Assembly: GCA_020184695.1 (NCBI GenBank) | Contig: JAANOX010000207.1 | Coordinates: 186,001-250,000 of the forward strand | Source: Histomonas meleagridis 2922-C6/04-290x | Lineage: Eukaryota; Protista; Parabasalia | DNA: 64,000 nt | Direction: 5' to 3' | Part shown: positions 62,771-64,000 of the stretch, piece by piece | Layout of the letters: every line of letters starts with the position of its first letter | Position numbering within the stretch: the stretch's first letter is position 1 | Notes under the pieces: generated by a model | Seen by the model: only the letters and a program-made list of their open reading frames with translations | What the model was told of the DNA's origin: nothing | Databases searched by the model: none | Program-made: the position numbers and the translations under genes

Positions 62771-63439
62771 AAACTCATTTATCCAAAAAGTGAAATTTTT
62801 TTGAAGAATTAACCATCACACACGTTCATTTCTGAGAGAAAACACGGGAATTCCCGTTGAACTCGACATATTTATAGTATTATATGTACATAAATTTATA
62901 TTATCGAATATTTTTGAAATTACCAAAAACATGTGAGGGTTGGCTCTGTAGTGATGCATTATTTAATTAACCTTTTGAAATTAAAATGAGGTCTTTTCAA
63001 CTTCAATTAAAAGATAAATGTAATAGAAAAAGAGTCCGTAGAGAAGGTGATTTATGTTATTGTTACTTTTTAAAGGATGAGTATAAAAATATATATCATC
63101 TAACAAAACATATTGATAATGATTAAATTTTATAAACGGCTACTGTATTATTATCGATTATTGAAGTTATGCTTCTTATAATCATACTGTTTATTTTTGT
63201 TGTTAATACAGTATCATCATCTAAAATACTGCCGTCATATAAAACTTTATCTTTTATATAATATTTATGAAATCATTAATTTTAGAATAATAGTCTCCGT
63301 GAGTTGCAAAATCAACAGTATCTTGATTAATACTGATATCTTGTTTTATAGTATCACCTAATTGAAATATTTCATTAGCAATATGTTTATCAACACATAT
63401 TCCTATTAACTCTTTATAAAAACCTGTACTTTTAACAGA

Positions 63440-64000
63440 ATGTATACTCACAACATCATAAACAACGATTTAATAATATATGGTAATTTAGAAGTAAATC
63501 ATATTAATAATATACCTGTTGATAACTTCTCTTTAACAAGTCATAATCATGATGATAAATATTCTTTAATAAATCATACTCATAATACTATAAATAACGA
63601 CTTAACTGTTAACGGTAAAATTAATAATTATTATTTGAATAACGGTTCTAATGCAAATAATTTATTAAACACATTACCTTGTATAGCTACTATTAAATCA
63701 GACGGTGTTATGGAAGTAGGTTGTTATATAGATTTTCATGATAATAATGAATTTAACAGTGATTACTCTTGGAGAATAACATCTGCTGATTCATTAGAGT
63801 TTAAAAGAAAAGGTTCTGGATCAATTACTTTTAACAGTAACGGTAATATAAATTGTAATACTGTTAACGGAATTAACTTAAATAATTTAGCATTAACGAG
63901 TCATACTCATGAACCAAATGATATAGTTCCTTATCAAAATGCTGTATTAAGAACAGGTAGATTTTTAGATTTTGTATATCATGATCAATCAACAGCAGCA
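63440..64000 (+). CDS. Phage-tail-fibre-like protein of the Polinton-like element; open to the window edge (not in the ORF track)
   Basis: ATG at 63440 and 187 codons without a stop: MYTHNIINNDL...SLTSHNHDDKY..HTH...IATIKSDGVMEVGCYIDFHD....DYSWRI...SHTHEPND... Confidence 0.8.
   Translation, partial: MYTHNIINNDLIIYGNLEVNHINNIPVDNFSLTSHNHDDKYSLINHTHNTINNDLTVNGKINNYYLNNGSNANNLLNTLPCIATIKSDGVMEVGCYIDFHDNNEFNSDYSWRITSADSLEFKRKGSGSITFNSNGNINCNTVNGINLNNLALTSHTHEPNDIVPYQNAVLRTGRFLDFVYHDQSTAA

Larger units (their letters stand above)
50330..64000. mobile_element. Cluster of decayed Polinton/Maverick-like (endogenous virus-like) sequence
   Basis: Very AT-rich, no host genes, many stop-interrupted fragments including PolB, D5-like helicase and fibre-like genes; termini not identified. 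Confidence 0.75.

Noticed and set aside
1-64000. tRNA, rRNA, snRNA genes and canonical parabasalid introns
   Set aside because: None recognised by eye; covariance-model searches were not possible, so small RNAs could be missed.

Overview
AT-rich eukaryotic DNA from a parabasalid (Trichomonas/Tritrichomonas-like; inferred from BspA-type LRR genes, DUF3447-type ankyrin genes, a Tom40-like porin, and Inr/M5-type promoters). The standard code is in use (TAA, TAG and TGA all end intact genes) and no canonical introns were seen. The left ~49 kb holds housekeeping genes (Sec31, RPS27, Ras, CPSF73, Tom40, EF-hand, RPL9, Rab, Sir2, Hsp70, Vps4, synapsin-like), a bacterial-type GrpB-GNAT fusion, a 4.4-kb 82/84-bp satellite and several broken BspA genes. 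The right ~14 kb, plus a block at 42.5-44.2 kb, is a graveyard of Polinton/Maverick-like elements: two PolB remnants, a D5-like helicase remnant and four copies of a phage-tail-fibre-like gene. One fibre copy is open to the window edge and one carries an inversion bounded by perfect 18-bp inverted repeats. The most striking signal is in the ankyrin genes: 90-nt ankyrin coding cores alternate with an AT-rich spacer that is exactly 80 nt long in nine copies at four loci, breaks the frame every time and has no GT-AG or branch-point signal, while the cores vary as if under protein-level selection. This suggests an undescribed non-canonical splicing or recoding system. Many single-base frameshifts at homopolymers are probably assembly errors.
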